Shown here piece after piece: positions 49,357 to 61,043 of a stretch of 64,000 nt of DNA. The DNA comes from Cenococcum geophilum (Eukaryota), in the NCBI GenBank assembly GCA_050273025.1, contig CP158635.1, forward strand, positions 27,776,001 to 27,840,000, written 5' to 3'. The position numbers were made by a program, and so were the translations under genes. The notes beneath the pieces were generated by a model. It was not told the origin of the DNA. It made no database searches and saw nothing but the letters and a program-made list of their open reading frames with translations. Positions within the stretch are counted from its first letter, which is position 1, and the number at the start of each line of letters is the position of its first letter.

Positions 49357-52300
49357 AATAATCATCATACTATCTACGAACCGTAGCTACGTGATATCCC
49401 CTTGTGTAACCAACACTTATATAGTCTAGGGGTTTTTTTTTTAACCTTTTTAGTTAAAGCTTGTACAGGGTAAGTATTCTATTTCTAGCTAAATTAGGGC
49501 AAACCCTGTAGAGTTATGAGGTAGGGTTGCTTAAGCATAGTCTATTAAGGGTAGTAGTTTAGACTAGTTATCCTAGAAATAGTTAATAAAGGGCCTAAGC
49601 CTCTAGTCTAGGTACTAATTTATAATTTTTATCTAGCCGTTTATTTGGGGGTAGTAAGCTATAAAAAGCTTTAGCTTAATGCCTAGAATCTAGGTAAACT
49701 TATTCTAAAAGGCCGATATAAACTATAGCCCATAATTAAATATAATAGTATTTAGTGGTCCGTAGATTTGGTAAACATAATAGATATATAGCTAGGCCGC
49801 CTCTTTAGCATTAATGTTCTTATAATAGGGAATTAAAAATAGGCGTTTACTAAAGCGGTTAACTATAACTATAACTATATTATATCCGTTATGATCCTTA
49901 GGTAGTTTATAAAAGTCTATAAAAATATACTACTAAGGGCGCTCTAGTATTAGGAGTAGCTTAAGTAGTCCTAGGGTCTTATCCCGTGGGATTATAGCTC
50001 TCCTATAGTCTTCGCAGTTCTATATATATTAATTAATATCTATAACTATTCTTAGCTAGTAATAGCGGCAGTTAATAATTTTATAGGTCTTATTCTTGCT
50101 AGGGTATACCGTAGAAACTTAGCAATAAGCTTTACGGATTAGTTTAGTCTGTAAATTATTAACGTTAGGGACTATAAGCCGCTCTTAATATAGGAGTAAC
50201 CCTTCCTCCGCTTTAAAATTGGGGTCTCCTTTTACAGCTTAATCGCGGAGGGCCTTTAGGGCGTTAGCCGTGCGGTTTATAGTTAAGAGGCGGTTAATTA
50301 GCCCTATTAGTTCGTCTAAGGTCTCCTTTATTAATGCTAGCTCGTTTAGCTAGGAGTCTAGCTCCTTAAGGATCTGTGGGTTAAGCTATTTAGGATAAAA
50401 GAGGGCGCGCGTTTAATATTAGGTCTTTAGCTTATCCTAGGGTCCTATATCTTATTCTCTTTAGGTTAGGGCATTAGCCTTAAAGTTTTACTTACTAAAA
50501 CGATATATAATTATAAAGTACTTTAGGGCTTTATAGTTTATATATATCTTAATTTAGAAGTTTATACCTTTAAGCTCTATATACTATTAGGAAAGTAATT
50601 AAATAATAGCTAGCATTTCTTTATTATATACTTTATAGTTACACTTAGCCAGGTCTATTATTTTTAAGAAAAAGGTAATAGAGTACTATTTACTATTTAG
50701 ATATAACTGTAATAAAATTCCCACTATAATCCTATTAGAAGCGTCTGTTTTTAGAATTAATTTAAGGTCCGGGTTATAGTAATAAAGAATTAGAAAAGAG
50801 ATAAGCTGATATTTTATCTCTTAAAAGGCTTCTATAGAGTTATTATTATAGATAAAAGGCGTATCCTTCCTGGTTAGTTATATAAGAGGTTTTGCTATAA
50901 TTCTATAGTTACGGATAAACTAGTAATAGAAGTTATAAAAACTAAGGAAGAACTAGATTCTTTTTACTATATAAAGGGGCTTCTAGTTATAGATTATCTT
51001 TACCTTTTTAGGGTTAACCTTAATTCCTTTTACAGTTCTAATAAACCTAAGGTATTTTATACATTTTACCCTAAACTTGTATTTCTTAATATTAACTTAT
51101 AAACCCGCGTTCTGTAGTCTCTCTAGGACCTTTTTAATATAAACCTAATGCTTAAGTTCGTCGTTTAAGTATATAAGAATGTTATCTAGATATACCGTAT
51201 AGAATTCATTAAGGTAATTAAAAAGAACGTTATTTATATACCTTTAGTACGTAGCCGGTCTATTTATTAGTTTAAAAGGAAGAACTTTATATTTATAGGA
51301 ACTATAATAGGTACAGAACGTTGTTAAATCTTTAGATATAAGGTCTATCCTAATTTAGTAAAAAGCTTAGCAGATATTAAGTTTAGTAAAGATCTTTACC
51401 TAGCTTAGACGTATAAGGGTCTTATTAATTAAAGAAATAAGATACCGGTTCTTTTAAGTAATAGTGTTTAGTTTTTAGTAGTTAATATAAAAATTAAGGC
51501 CTCTATTAGGCTTTTTTATAAATAGAATAAGGGAAGTAAAAGGGGCTTAACTTGGCTTAATAAATCCTTTATCTAGGTTATTAATTAAGTACTACTTTAT
51601 TGCTTTTAGCTTATCTATTAATTATTAGTAGAGGGGGCTATAGCTTAGCGAGTTATTAGCTTCTAATTAAATCTTATAATTATACATCTAATAAGGGGGT
51701 AACTTATCTAAGACCGCTTTTAAAAATATATCCTTATAATCTATATAAATAGTAAAAAAAAAGCGTTTAACTAGTTCCTTATTAGTTTCCTTAGCTGGCT
51801 TTTCCTCCCTATTATTAATAATTTGGTTAGTCTTATATAGGCTCGTTGTAAAAACCTTATTATCCTTTTAGTATATATTAAAGTGGAACGCTATAGTACT
51901 AATTATAGTAATATCTACTATAGGGGGGGTATATAATAATGGGGGTATATATAACTTTAGGGGCTTCTAGGGTACTAGCGTCATTATTACTCCTTTTAGC
52001 TCCTATTATATCTTTTAGAGGTTATCCCTTATATCCTATTAATATATTTTCTCTATACTAGTTAAATCTACACGATTTAGACGTCGTCTATATTACTTTC
52101 TATCCTACTTTTATATATAGAGTTTTCTTTAAATATAGCGCTTTAGAAGAGTATCTTTATTAGTATAGAGTTCTTTCTAGCTTTATAGCGGGCGTCTTCT
52201 TAAGTAAAGGCTAGGTTATCGGCCCGGACATCTTACTAGTAGGTAGGATTAGCCTTTATAGCTAGTGTCTTATAATTAGTTTAGATTTCCCTAATAAATA

Positions 52301-54100
52301 AGGGTGGCTTTGGTCTATCCTCTAGCTAGATAAATTTTCTTTATTATATATTTAGCTAAATATTAAAGTAGGATATCTATTTTCGGCTAAGGATTATATT
52401 ATAGGACCTTAGGTTTAGGATATAGAAAGGGATACCATATTAGCGTTATCTATTAAAAGCGATATATAACTTTAAGATATAGGTAACCGGCTAACCGGCT
52501 TAGCTATTATAGCCTTTTACCTAAATAGGCTTCTCTAATCGGGTGGCTTTTATATTTAGAAATTTAGCAATATTATATATATATGCAGTATTTATAAAGG
52601 CGAAGCTCTTTACTCTAGTGTTAATAAGGGCGGTTATATTTACTATATATCTATTTTAAGATACTATATATAGAACGGTAAAATGCTTTCCACCTATTAA
52701 CTAACTAAGATTAATCTCTTTAAGATTAATAGGGTACCCTAGGGTTCTTCTTTTCCCAACTCGTTAGACGTTTCTCCTTCCTCTATTTCTTTAATATTGC
52801 CTATATCCTTTAGCTCTAAGTAAGATAAGGCAAAGTAGTCCTCCTTATTATAGTTATAGCACGTAGCTAAGGCAGGGTTAATTGGGGTATTGCAATAAGT
52901 ACTAGTTAATAGTGTGGTACGTAGTTAGTTAGGTAAGGCTTACTAGTATATAAATATAACCGCTTTTAGTATAAGAGCTATTATAGCTTATCTTCCTACT
53001 ATAGCTCCTATAGGTATAGTTAATAAGTTTTAATTACTATAAGCCCTTTTTTGTTAATTAGAACGAGCATTAATTCGCTTTAGTTCTAAGTTAAGCAATA
53101 GATATTAGGCTGTAAATTTTTAGTAGGTTAGTAGGTTATCTAAGGCTACTACAATCTTCTCTTATAGCCAAACCATTAGCTTATTATATAGGTCCAAATA
53201 GTAGTTCTTAAGGGGAACCTAGCCTTCGCCCGCTAGGTATAAGAATTAAGTCTAAAACTTAGTAAAGGATTAGTTTAACTTTATTATTAAGCTATTATAG
53301 TTATAACGCGCGTCCTATACTTAATTTAGGTTTATATATGTAGCGGCTAAATGCTATAGTATTTTACTAATAGATATAAAGCGGGCAGGGGAGTTGTCCT
53401 TAAATTTAGCTTAAAGGTAATATTAGGCATCTCCTATAGTTTAACTAAAGAGGTAAAGTATCTTAGCTTCTTTAAAGGGGAAGTAGTTATAGTTAACGCG
53501 GAGTTTTCCTTATACTTAAACCCTCTAATTCTTAAAGGTAGGGTCTATCCCGTTAGATAGGGGTTAGGGGTTAAAGAGCTTAATAAACTTTAATTACTTT
53601 ATTATTATATCCGTACTCCCTAATATATTATATTTAGTAGAGTAAATAGGTTAGCTAGGGCTTTAGGAAGGGAAAGCAAGGCTATTTTATAGGGTCTCTT
53701 ATATATTTCTTACTTTAAGATAATTGGCTTTTTAGCTAGCCGCGAGGGCGCGAATCTACTCGCGTATATCTATAATATTATTATTATCTTTAATTTCTGA
53801 TCCTAATTAGATCTCGGGTTCCTCTTAAGTAAAGGCAGCTCTCTTAAATAAGCTTACTTTAAGTGCTATTATTAGCTTTTTAGGGTTTATTGATATTATA
53901 TGCTTTAGTTTTAATTCTAGGGGTATAGGTCTAGTCCTATCTAGCTTATAAGGTAGGATATTATCTAGGCCTTCCTAGGCAGTATAGAGTTATTTTAGTA
54001 TCTAAACATAATATATTAACGCGTCGTTATAAACAAAGTTTCTTTTAGGGTAGAATATTATTAAGGCCTTCCCAGGTAGTATAGGGTAAGCTTAATATAA

Positions 54101-54315
54101 TATTACGGCTTATATAAATGTCTCCAAACTAAAGCTTATAGAATACTATATTATAAAGATACTAAGCTAAGAAGAAGGAAAAGGGGGTCGCTAGGACCAA
54201 TATAAATAAATAAATATATAGGGTAAGCCGCTAAGGCGCTAGCTTCGGGCAAGCTAATCGTAGGTCGGTAGAATATGGTAGAATTTAGCAGGTAATATAC
54301 GATAGCGCCGTTACA
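54101..54315 (-). repeat. 5' LTR of F
   Basis: Matches 35543-35755. Confidence 0.92.
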
Positions 54316-57065
54316 GATAGCTAATTATTAAAAAGTAGCTAGGAGAGTTATAAGGGAGAACGACTTTATTATTATTAAGGAGCTAGTAAACGATCTTATA
54401 GATAAGAGTTATACTTAACTAGCTACTTTTACCGCGATATTCTTAGTTAGTAAAAAGTTACCTAAAAACAATTAACTAAAACCTAATATAGAAGGCTTAA
54501 GATTATTAAAAAAGACTAAGTTCCGCGTATATTATAAAAATAAATATCCTAGTAGTAAAGAGAAGAATTTCTACCTTTAACTAAACCTTTAAACTCTAAC
54601 GTAGAAGCCTTCCAATAAGGATATATTATATATAGATCTACCTTAGAAACTAAAAGCGACTTTATTAATTTAAGTTCTTAAGTTAGGGCAATAGGTAGAG
54701 GCTTAGTAGAAGGCCTATTTATTAGCAGTATGGCTATAGTTAATGTCTTAAATAATAGTAATTAAGATAATTAATTCCTTAACTCCTATTCTAATAAGTA
54801 ATAATTAAAGCGACTTTATTAACTATATAACTCTATTAATACCTACTATAATAGAAACGATAGGAAGGACTATCTATTATATAATTAGTAAAGGAGTAAT
54901 GTATATACCCTTACTAATAGACAATAGTTATAACGGGACTAGCCCAGTTATAGTAGGAATGTCTTAGTAAAACACTCAACAGATAAATTCTAACGCTTTA
55001 ACTAAATTCTGCCGAATTCTGCTAGCTTAATCGACTTCTGCCAAATTCTACTAGATTAATTAAATTTCACTAAAGTCTGTTAAAGACTGCGTGTATATAT
55101 ATACACGTATTAACCATTAAGCCCCTAACTATTTAATTATATAATTCTTTATTATTCCTTTCTCTTCTTTACGCAACGTCTTATTCTTAGCAAGAGTTAC
55201 ATACCCTTAGATTTAAATAGAATTTATATTATTCCTTTAAATCTTCCCTAAAGTCTCTTTACGCCCTTATATTACATTACGTTAATATAACTACTATTAA
55301 AATAGCAAACGAACTTAAATCCTCTATGTTAACTATAAGAATTATAGCCCTAGTTAAGGAATAGTTAACTATAATGCAATAGTTCTTTATAGATGCTTTG
55401 GCCCAACAGCGAGCGATATTAAAAACTTAGCACTAGTAATTAATAGGAGTAATCCGCGAAAAACTCTATAACCTTAAAGCACTTATATTAGAAACCCTAA
55501 TAGTAATACTTATAAATAAAATTAAAATAACTATATATAAACCTAACCTGTTAAATATAAACCCTAAACCAATAATAGTAGCTTAACCCGTACCTATAAT
55601 AAACTTAATACCTACTATAAAAATTAAAAAGCTCACTAACCCTCTAATATTTAATAAAAATTAAACTAACCTACATCCCTTTATAACTAAGCTCCGTCTT
55701 AAACCTTTAATAAACTATAACTAATACCCTACTAAAGCTAGCAGGATTAGCTATAGAATATCTTATTTAAGTAAAAACGCTATATAAACTATAGACCTAC
55801 TCTTTTGTAATAGCACCTTTATTAATTTTAAAATCTTTATCTCTCTATTAGAACAAATATATAATAACGCTAGCCGTAAATATACAGCTGTTACTAAACT
55901 TAAAAACCTATAATAACGGAACCGAGACTTTACTAGCTTCTTTTTGGAATTTTTAGGCCTTATTAGTAAACTAGATTAGAATAAAGCCGCTAAAGTTACT
56001 GCTCTCTATTAAGCTATTTTAGATAAAATTAGAGTATAGTTAGTAAGTAGAGAACTGCTAAAGGACTTACCTAGGGTTGCTATAGTATATTAGCGGGTTA
56101 ATAAGGACCTTTAATATAATAAATAAACTTATTCTATAAAGCTAACTATACCTTATATTTAAAACTTTATAAACCTAGTATATATCCTAAACCGTAATTT
56201 ATCTCTAAAACTAAAAAGCTTTATATATAACCCTATAAACCTTAATACTACTTAATCCTATATACCCTTAGGAACTAATAAATAAAGAATATAAGCCGCA
56301 AATAGAGAATGCTTTAGATGTAGTAAAAGGGACATATTTAAAGAAATTGCTAAACTTACCCTTTTAAAAAGGTCTAATATAGTTTCTCTTAGTCCTTAAA
56401 TTATACTTAGTTGCTATAAAGTATTTTATCTTTAGTTAATTTGGAAAACAAATTATTTTAGGGCTAAGTCGCGCCTTAAGATAAAAAGTAGAAGAGTATA
56501 AGTATCTAGGCTCTTTTAGCGCTAATATATAGCATAACTCCCTTAATATGCTTAGTAAAATTTAAATACTTAGAAAATAGAAGGGAGTATAAATCCTTAT
56601 AAATAGTGGAGTTACTAGTATAGGCTTTAATATAAACTACGCAAAAACTTAACGCTTAAATTTAAAGAAACTTAATAAGCCCTAAGGCCTATAAGGCTTT
56701 AATAGTAAGCCTTTAATATATAGCGAATTAATATACTATACTCTTATAAAGATATAAATAGGCGAATACCTTAAATATGTTTCCCTATTTATAATACCCT
56801 TAAAGCATTATAAGGTAATACTTAGATACGGATAGCTAAAATAATATAACCCTTTAATTAGCTAGGTTTAAAAAAATACTAAAACTCTATATAACCTAAT
56901 GCTAAAGTTATTACTTAAAATACTACTTGCCCTATAAATATATACAAAACTATTTAAATTTAATATAATATAAATTACCCTTACTATAAATCTTAAACTA
57001 ATATAATAAAGTTATAACTACTAATCGTGGTAAAGAATGCGAAGATAATATATTAAAACTCTTTA

Positions 57066-59938
57066 TGTTAGGAATAATATCACGTATGGTTATATAGTCA
57101 CGTATTGCCGCGGCACTAGCGTAGCGAGGAGCCTTAAGCTCCTCGCCCTTCCTCACCCTTTCTTAGAATCATTAAAAGAACAACAATTAAAAAGAAGAAC
57201 AATCATCATACTATCTACGAACCGTAGCTACGTGATATTACCTTGTTTAACCAACACTAATTAGTAGTTAACTTTACTGTTATACTATAGAACAGCTAGG
57301 TATTCCACCAAGAAGAGATAAGCCACTGTACTAGTGCTACTTGTGCTAAAGGAAGCTGTCTTTTAAGGTTAGAACTGGTCCTAAACCTTAAATAGAACTC
57401 TTCTATAAATCTAAGGATCTAAAGGCCAGAACTGGTCCTAAGCCTTTCTAAGATTACGGATTCTTGCGTCCATTACGCAGAACAACACGCTTTACAAGTC
57501 TTCGCGATTTAAGGCCAGAACTGGTCCTAAGCCCTATAATCGCAAATACACGTTATAAACGCGTACTAAATAATAAATATACATTACGAACGCGTACTAA
57601 ACGACAATCCCTACGCCAATAACACTTCCCTCCTTCTAAAAACATGGCTACGCCTACTTTAAACGACTGGGAAGACTCCTTACTATTAGGGGTAGCTTTA
57701 TACGCGAAACTCATTAATAAAAATTAGGACGAATTTACCATTAATATAATAACTTATACCGTAAAACAAGTTAACGGCTTTCTCCTACACCGTATTATAT
57801 TCTACCAAAGTAGACACTACACCGACGTATAGCTGTGGGAATATTTTAGGGAGGATTTCGCAGGATGGACCGCTAACACCTAGGCACTTAGCAATATTAA
57901 TATTATTTAGGATTTTTGAGACTTCCTTTGGGAGAAAGGAGTATTTGTCCCTATAGATAGGGGTGCTATTAGAGACAACATTTAGAAGCAAGTCCTTAAC
58001 GCAGAAGAAGAGCACGAATAAACTTTACAAGAGATTAAGATTAAGCACTAAATACGCGCTATAAAGAAGTCTAACTCTTAAGGGAATCCTAATAACGGAC
58101 AGCCATAAGCAATACCACAGACAACCTTAGGCTATTAAATATCTCAAGTTCCTCAGCCTTAAGTTCTTCAGGCTGCCGTATCTTAACCCGTGCCCCAAGC
58201 TCCGCAACAAGCTCCGCATTAAGCTCCGCAAGAACCTCCGCAGCAATGTCCGCAGCAGCCTCCGCAGCAACCACAATCTCCGCAGCAATCTCCGCAAAAA
58301 CCTCCGCTAATTCCACCAGCTATTCCAACTGCTGCACCACAAGTTGTCCCGATCGCTGCACCGCCAGCTACTCCAATTGCTGCCCCCGCTACCCCACAGC
58401 AGCCGCAGCAACTGCAGCAGCTACACGTCCATACACCACCTGCACCGCTAATATAACAATCTCCGCAAGAACCACCGCAAGAACCTCCGTAAGAACCTCC
58501 GCAAGAACCTCTGTAAGAACCTCCGCAGTAACCTCCGCAAGAACCTCTGTAGTAACTACTATAGATAACCTTAGGCTATTAAATACCTTAAGTGCCTTAA
58601 GCTGCCGTATCTTAACCCGTGCCTTAAGCTCCGTCCTACCAGCAATCTCCGCAGTAATCTTCGCAGTAATCTCCGTAATAAGCCTCTACTTCTCCATAAA
58701 CATTTAATAAGCTTTAGAAGATTTAGTGTAGAGGGGAATTCTAAGACTTCTGTAGTTCCTAAGGTAGCTATAAAGGTGGTTACTAGCGTAATCTAGATAG
58801 GAAGTTCTTATGGAGGGTACCGTAAAGAGAGAGTAATATAGGGGGGGGGAGCGGTTGGAACGGCATAGTTACGTAGGTAATCTATAAAAGAAAGAACTGC
58901 TAGTATCTACGGCAGCTATAAACCCAATAACTATTATAACTAATATACCCTGCGACCCAAATAGATAAGACACTATGCTAATACGCCTGCGGAATAAACC
59001 TAATAACGACTATACCGTTACGCCTACAGCCTAAGCAACTAATTATGCCTATATACCTACGATCTACCAACTAAATAATTGTGCCGATACGCCTACGATC
59101 CTAATTACCGTTGTGCTAATAAGAACAACCCAAATAGGACTAGGTAGAGCTTTGCTCCCTAGAATACGACCCTATTGCCGGCATTATACTACCGCCTAAA
59201 CAACCCGTCGCTAGCACTGTACTGCTACCCAAATTAATAAGCTCCGCACTAATATGCCTATAGAACTATGACCTATTAATAAGACCTTGCGCTAATATAC
59301 CTGCGAGCCTAAACCTATTGCTGGTACTGTATTGCTATTATAATAAACCCTTGCTGCCCTACCTGCAGTTAACTAACCTTTACTGCTTTATTAGCAGCTG
59401 ACCGACCCTTACTGCTTTGCCTGTAGCCAACTAACTTCTACTACTTCTACCTGCAGCTAAACTAACACCTTACTGCCTTTCTATAGCGCTATAAGCATAA
59501 AAGAAGAACTGCCAGAAGATAACTGTTAAGGCTATTAACGATTCCGCTAGCCTAGATAGGCTTACACCTATATTACTCGTTTTTTTGTTTAAGATTTACC
59601 ACTTAGTTAACCACCATTTCTTTAGCAAATTTTGGAATAGCGAGACTTATATTACAACAGTAATAGTAAGTAAGGAGGATTAATATCCGTTACGCTAGTC
59701 AAGCGGTATTTATATATAGATGGCAACTATAAAAGAAGAGTTGCTAGTGTTGGGAATAATATTACGTATGGTTATATAGTTACGTGTTGCCGCGGCACTA
59801 GCGTAGCGAGGAGCCTTAAGCTCCTCGCCCTTCCTCACCCTTTCTTAGAATCATCAAAAGAACAATAATCAAAAAGAAGAACAATTATCATACTATCTAC
59901 AAACCGTAGCTACGTGATATCACCTTGTGTAACCAATA
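57066..59938 (+). mobile_element. 2.9-kb non-autonomous Copia derivative M (same LTR family as L)
   Basis: 191-bp LTRs at 57066-57256 and 59748-59938, TSD CTTTA, PPT aaaagaagagttgctag. The 5' UTR and gag start (ATG 57644) match L. Only a ~60-bp integrase fragment remains (~59522-59580). Confidence 0.93.
58090..59480 (+). repeat. Low-complexity and tandem repeat block in M (cctccgcaagaa units, Pro/Gln-rich in the gag frame, then degenerate longer units)
   Basis: 12-bp units visible directly; duplicated segment ~58121-58205 / ~58563-58633; recurring gctaatacgcctgcg-like and ctgcagctgaccgaccctt-like units. Confidence 0.85.
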
Positions 59939-60100
59939 CTTTAAAATTCGTATAATATAAGCCGCACCCTTTTATTTATTAATAAGAAAATAAGACTATA
60001 AGATCTTTACTATAATACTAAAAGATATTAAGAAGGCGTTAGAACTAAAGCAATATATTAACCCCTAACCTCTTATACCTAAAGAATATTATAATCTAAT

Positions 60101-60314
60101 TGTCTGCATAAGTAGAGGTTGTAAATATTTAACGTGGAGCGTATGCAGCAGGGGCCGTATGGTGTAGCGTAGGTCACCTAACTACCTACGGCCCGATAGA
60201 TAGCCCGACCTTTACTACCCCTTTCTTTCTCTTTTGGTAGATAGATAGAACACGAATAAACTAAGAACCAGAACTACTTATTGCAATTGCAGTACCCCCT
60301 AGGTAATACCGACA
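60101..60314. mobile_element. 214-bp solo LTR in the pol of G
   Basis: tgtc...gaca termini, TSD CTAAT (60096-60100, 60315-60319). Confidence 0.9.
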
Positions 60315-61043
60315 CTAATTAATACGTTTAAGAAATAATTTATAAACTAATTACCCCTATATTAAGATAAGTACGATTTTAAAATAGAACTTAAACCTAG
60401 TATAATGCTAAAGTTTAGCCCGTTATACGGTATGCTATAAAAAGAGCTACTTATAATGTAATAATACCTTAAAAAGCACCTAGAGAAAGGATTTATTCGC
60501 CCTAGTTAATTACTATTTACCTTGCCTATACTATTTATTAAGAAACCTAGAGAAGGCCTAAAGTTCTATATTAATTATTAAGCCCTAAATATAATTATAA
60601 TTTAAAACTAATATCTAATTCCTCTACTTTAAGAAACGCTTAACTACTTAGTAAAAGTATAATACTTTATAAAGCTTAACGTAGTTGCTACCTTTAATTA
60701 AATCCGTGTTTATAAAGGAGATAAAAAGTATATAGCTTTTTATATACAATAGGGATCTTTTAAATACCTAGTAATACAATTTAGTATAAAGAATAGTCTT
60801 AGTACGTTTTAGTAATATATTAATAATACGCTTCGCGAATTTCTTAATATATTTATTACCGCGTATATTAATAATATCTTAATCTATTTATCTTTGCTTT
60901 TTAAGTATTAAAAGCACGTCTAAATAGTCTTTAAACGCCTATAAGACGTGGGCTTATAATATAATATTAAGAAATACAAGTTCTACGCATCTAAAGTTAT
61001 ATACTTAGGCCTAATTATATCCCGCAATAGAATTAAAATAGAC

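Larger units (their letters stand above)
44860..49415 (+). mobile_element. Ty1/Copia element L, 3'-deleted, with chimeric 102-bp LTRs
   Basis: Direct repeats at 44860-44961 and 49314-49415 (TG...CA), TSD CTTAT (44855-44859, 49416-49420), Copia domain order gag-PR-IN-RT. Confidence 0.95.
35543..54315 (-). mobile_element. Ty3/Gypsy chromovirus F (related to B), hosting H and L; no matching TSD
   Basis: LTRs at 35543-35755 and 54101-54315, PPT ~35756-35770, gag ~54000-52800, RT YLD(D)ILIY ~51170-51195, integrase ~49420-50110, chromodomain ~44360-44470. Confidence 0.9.
54929..61043 (+). mobile_element. Ty3/Gypsy element G, 5' part (LTR, gag, PR, RT), interrupted by M, a solo LTR and N
   Basis: Probable LTR at 54929-55275 (tataac...attaca), gag from ~55302, knuckle CFRC(G)KR.H ~56309, protease I(D)SG ~56598, RT AYI(DD)ILIY ~60861. 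The partner LTR is outside the window. Confidence 0.85.

Noticed and set aside
49037..49429. 130-aa ORF as a functional gene
   Set aside because: It is an internal Copia RT fragment that runs into the LTR. The antisense ORF 49147-49368 and ORF 44859-45071 are by-products of the same sequence.
58089..58707. ORFs 58246-58707 (+) and 58089-58316 (-) as real genes
   Set aside because: They are alternative frames across the cctccgca repeat block inside element M; low complexity explains the lack of stops.
58930..59480. CRISPR-like repeat-spacer array
   Set aside because: The units are degenerate and irregular, lie inside a fungal retroelement, and have no cas genes nearby.
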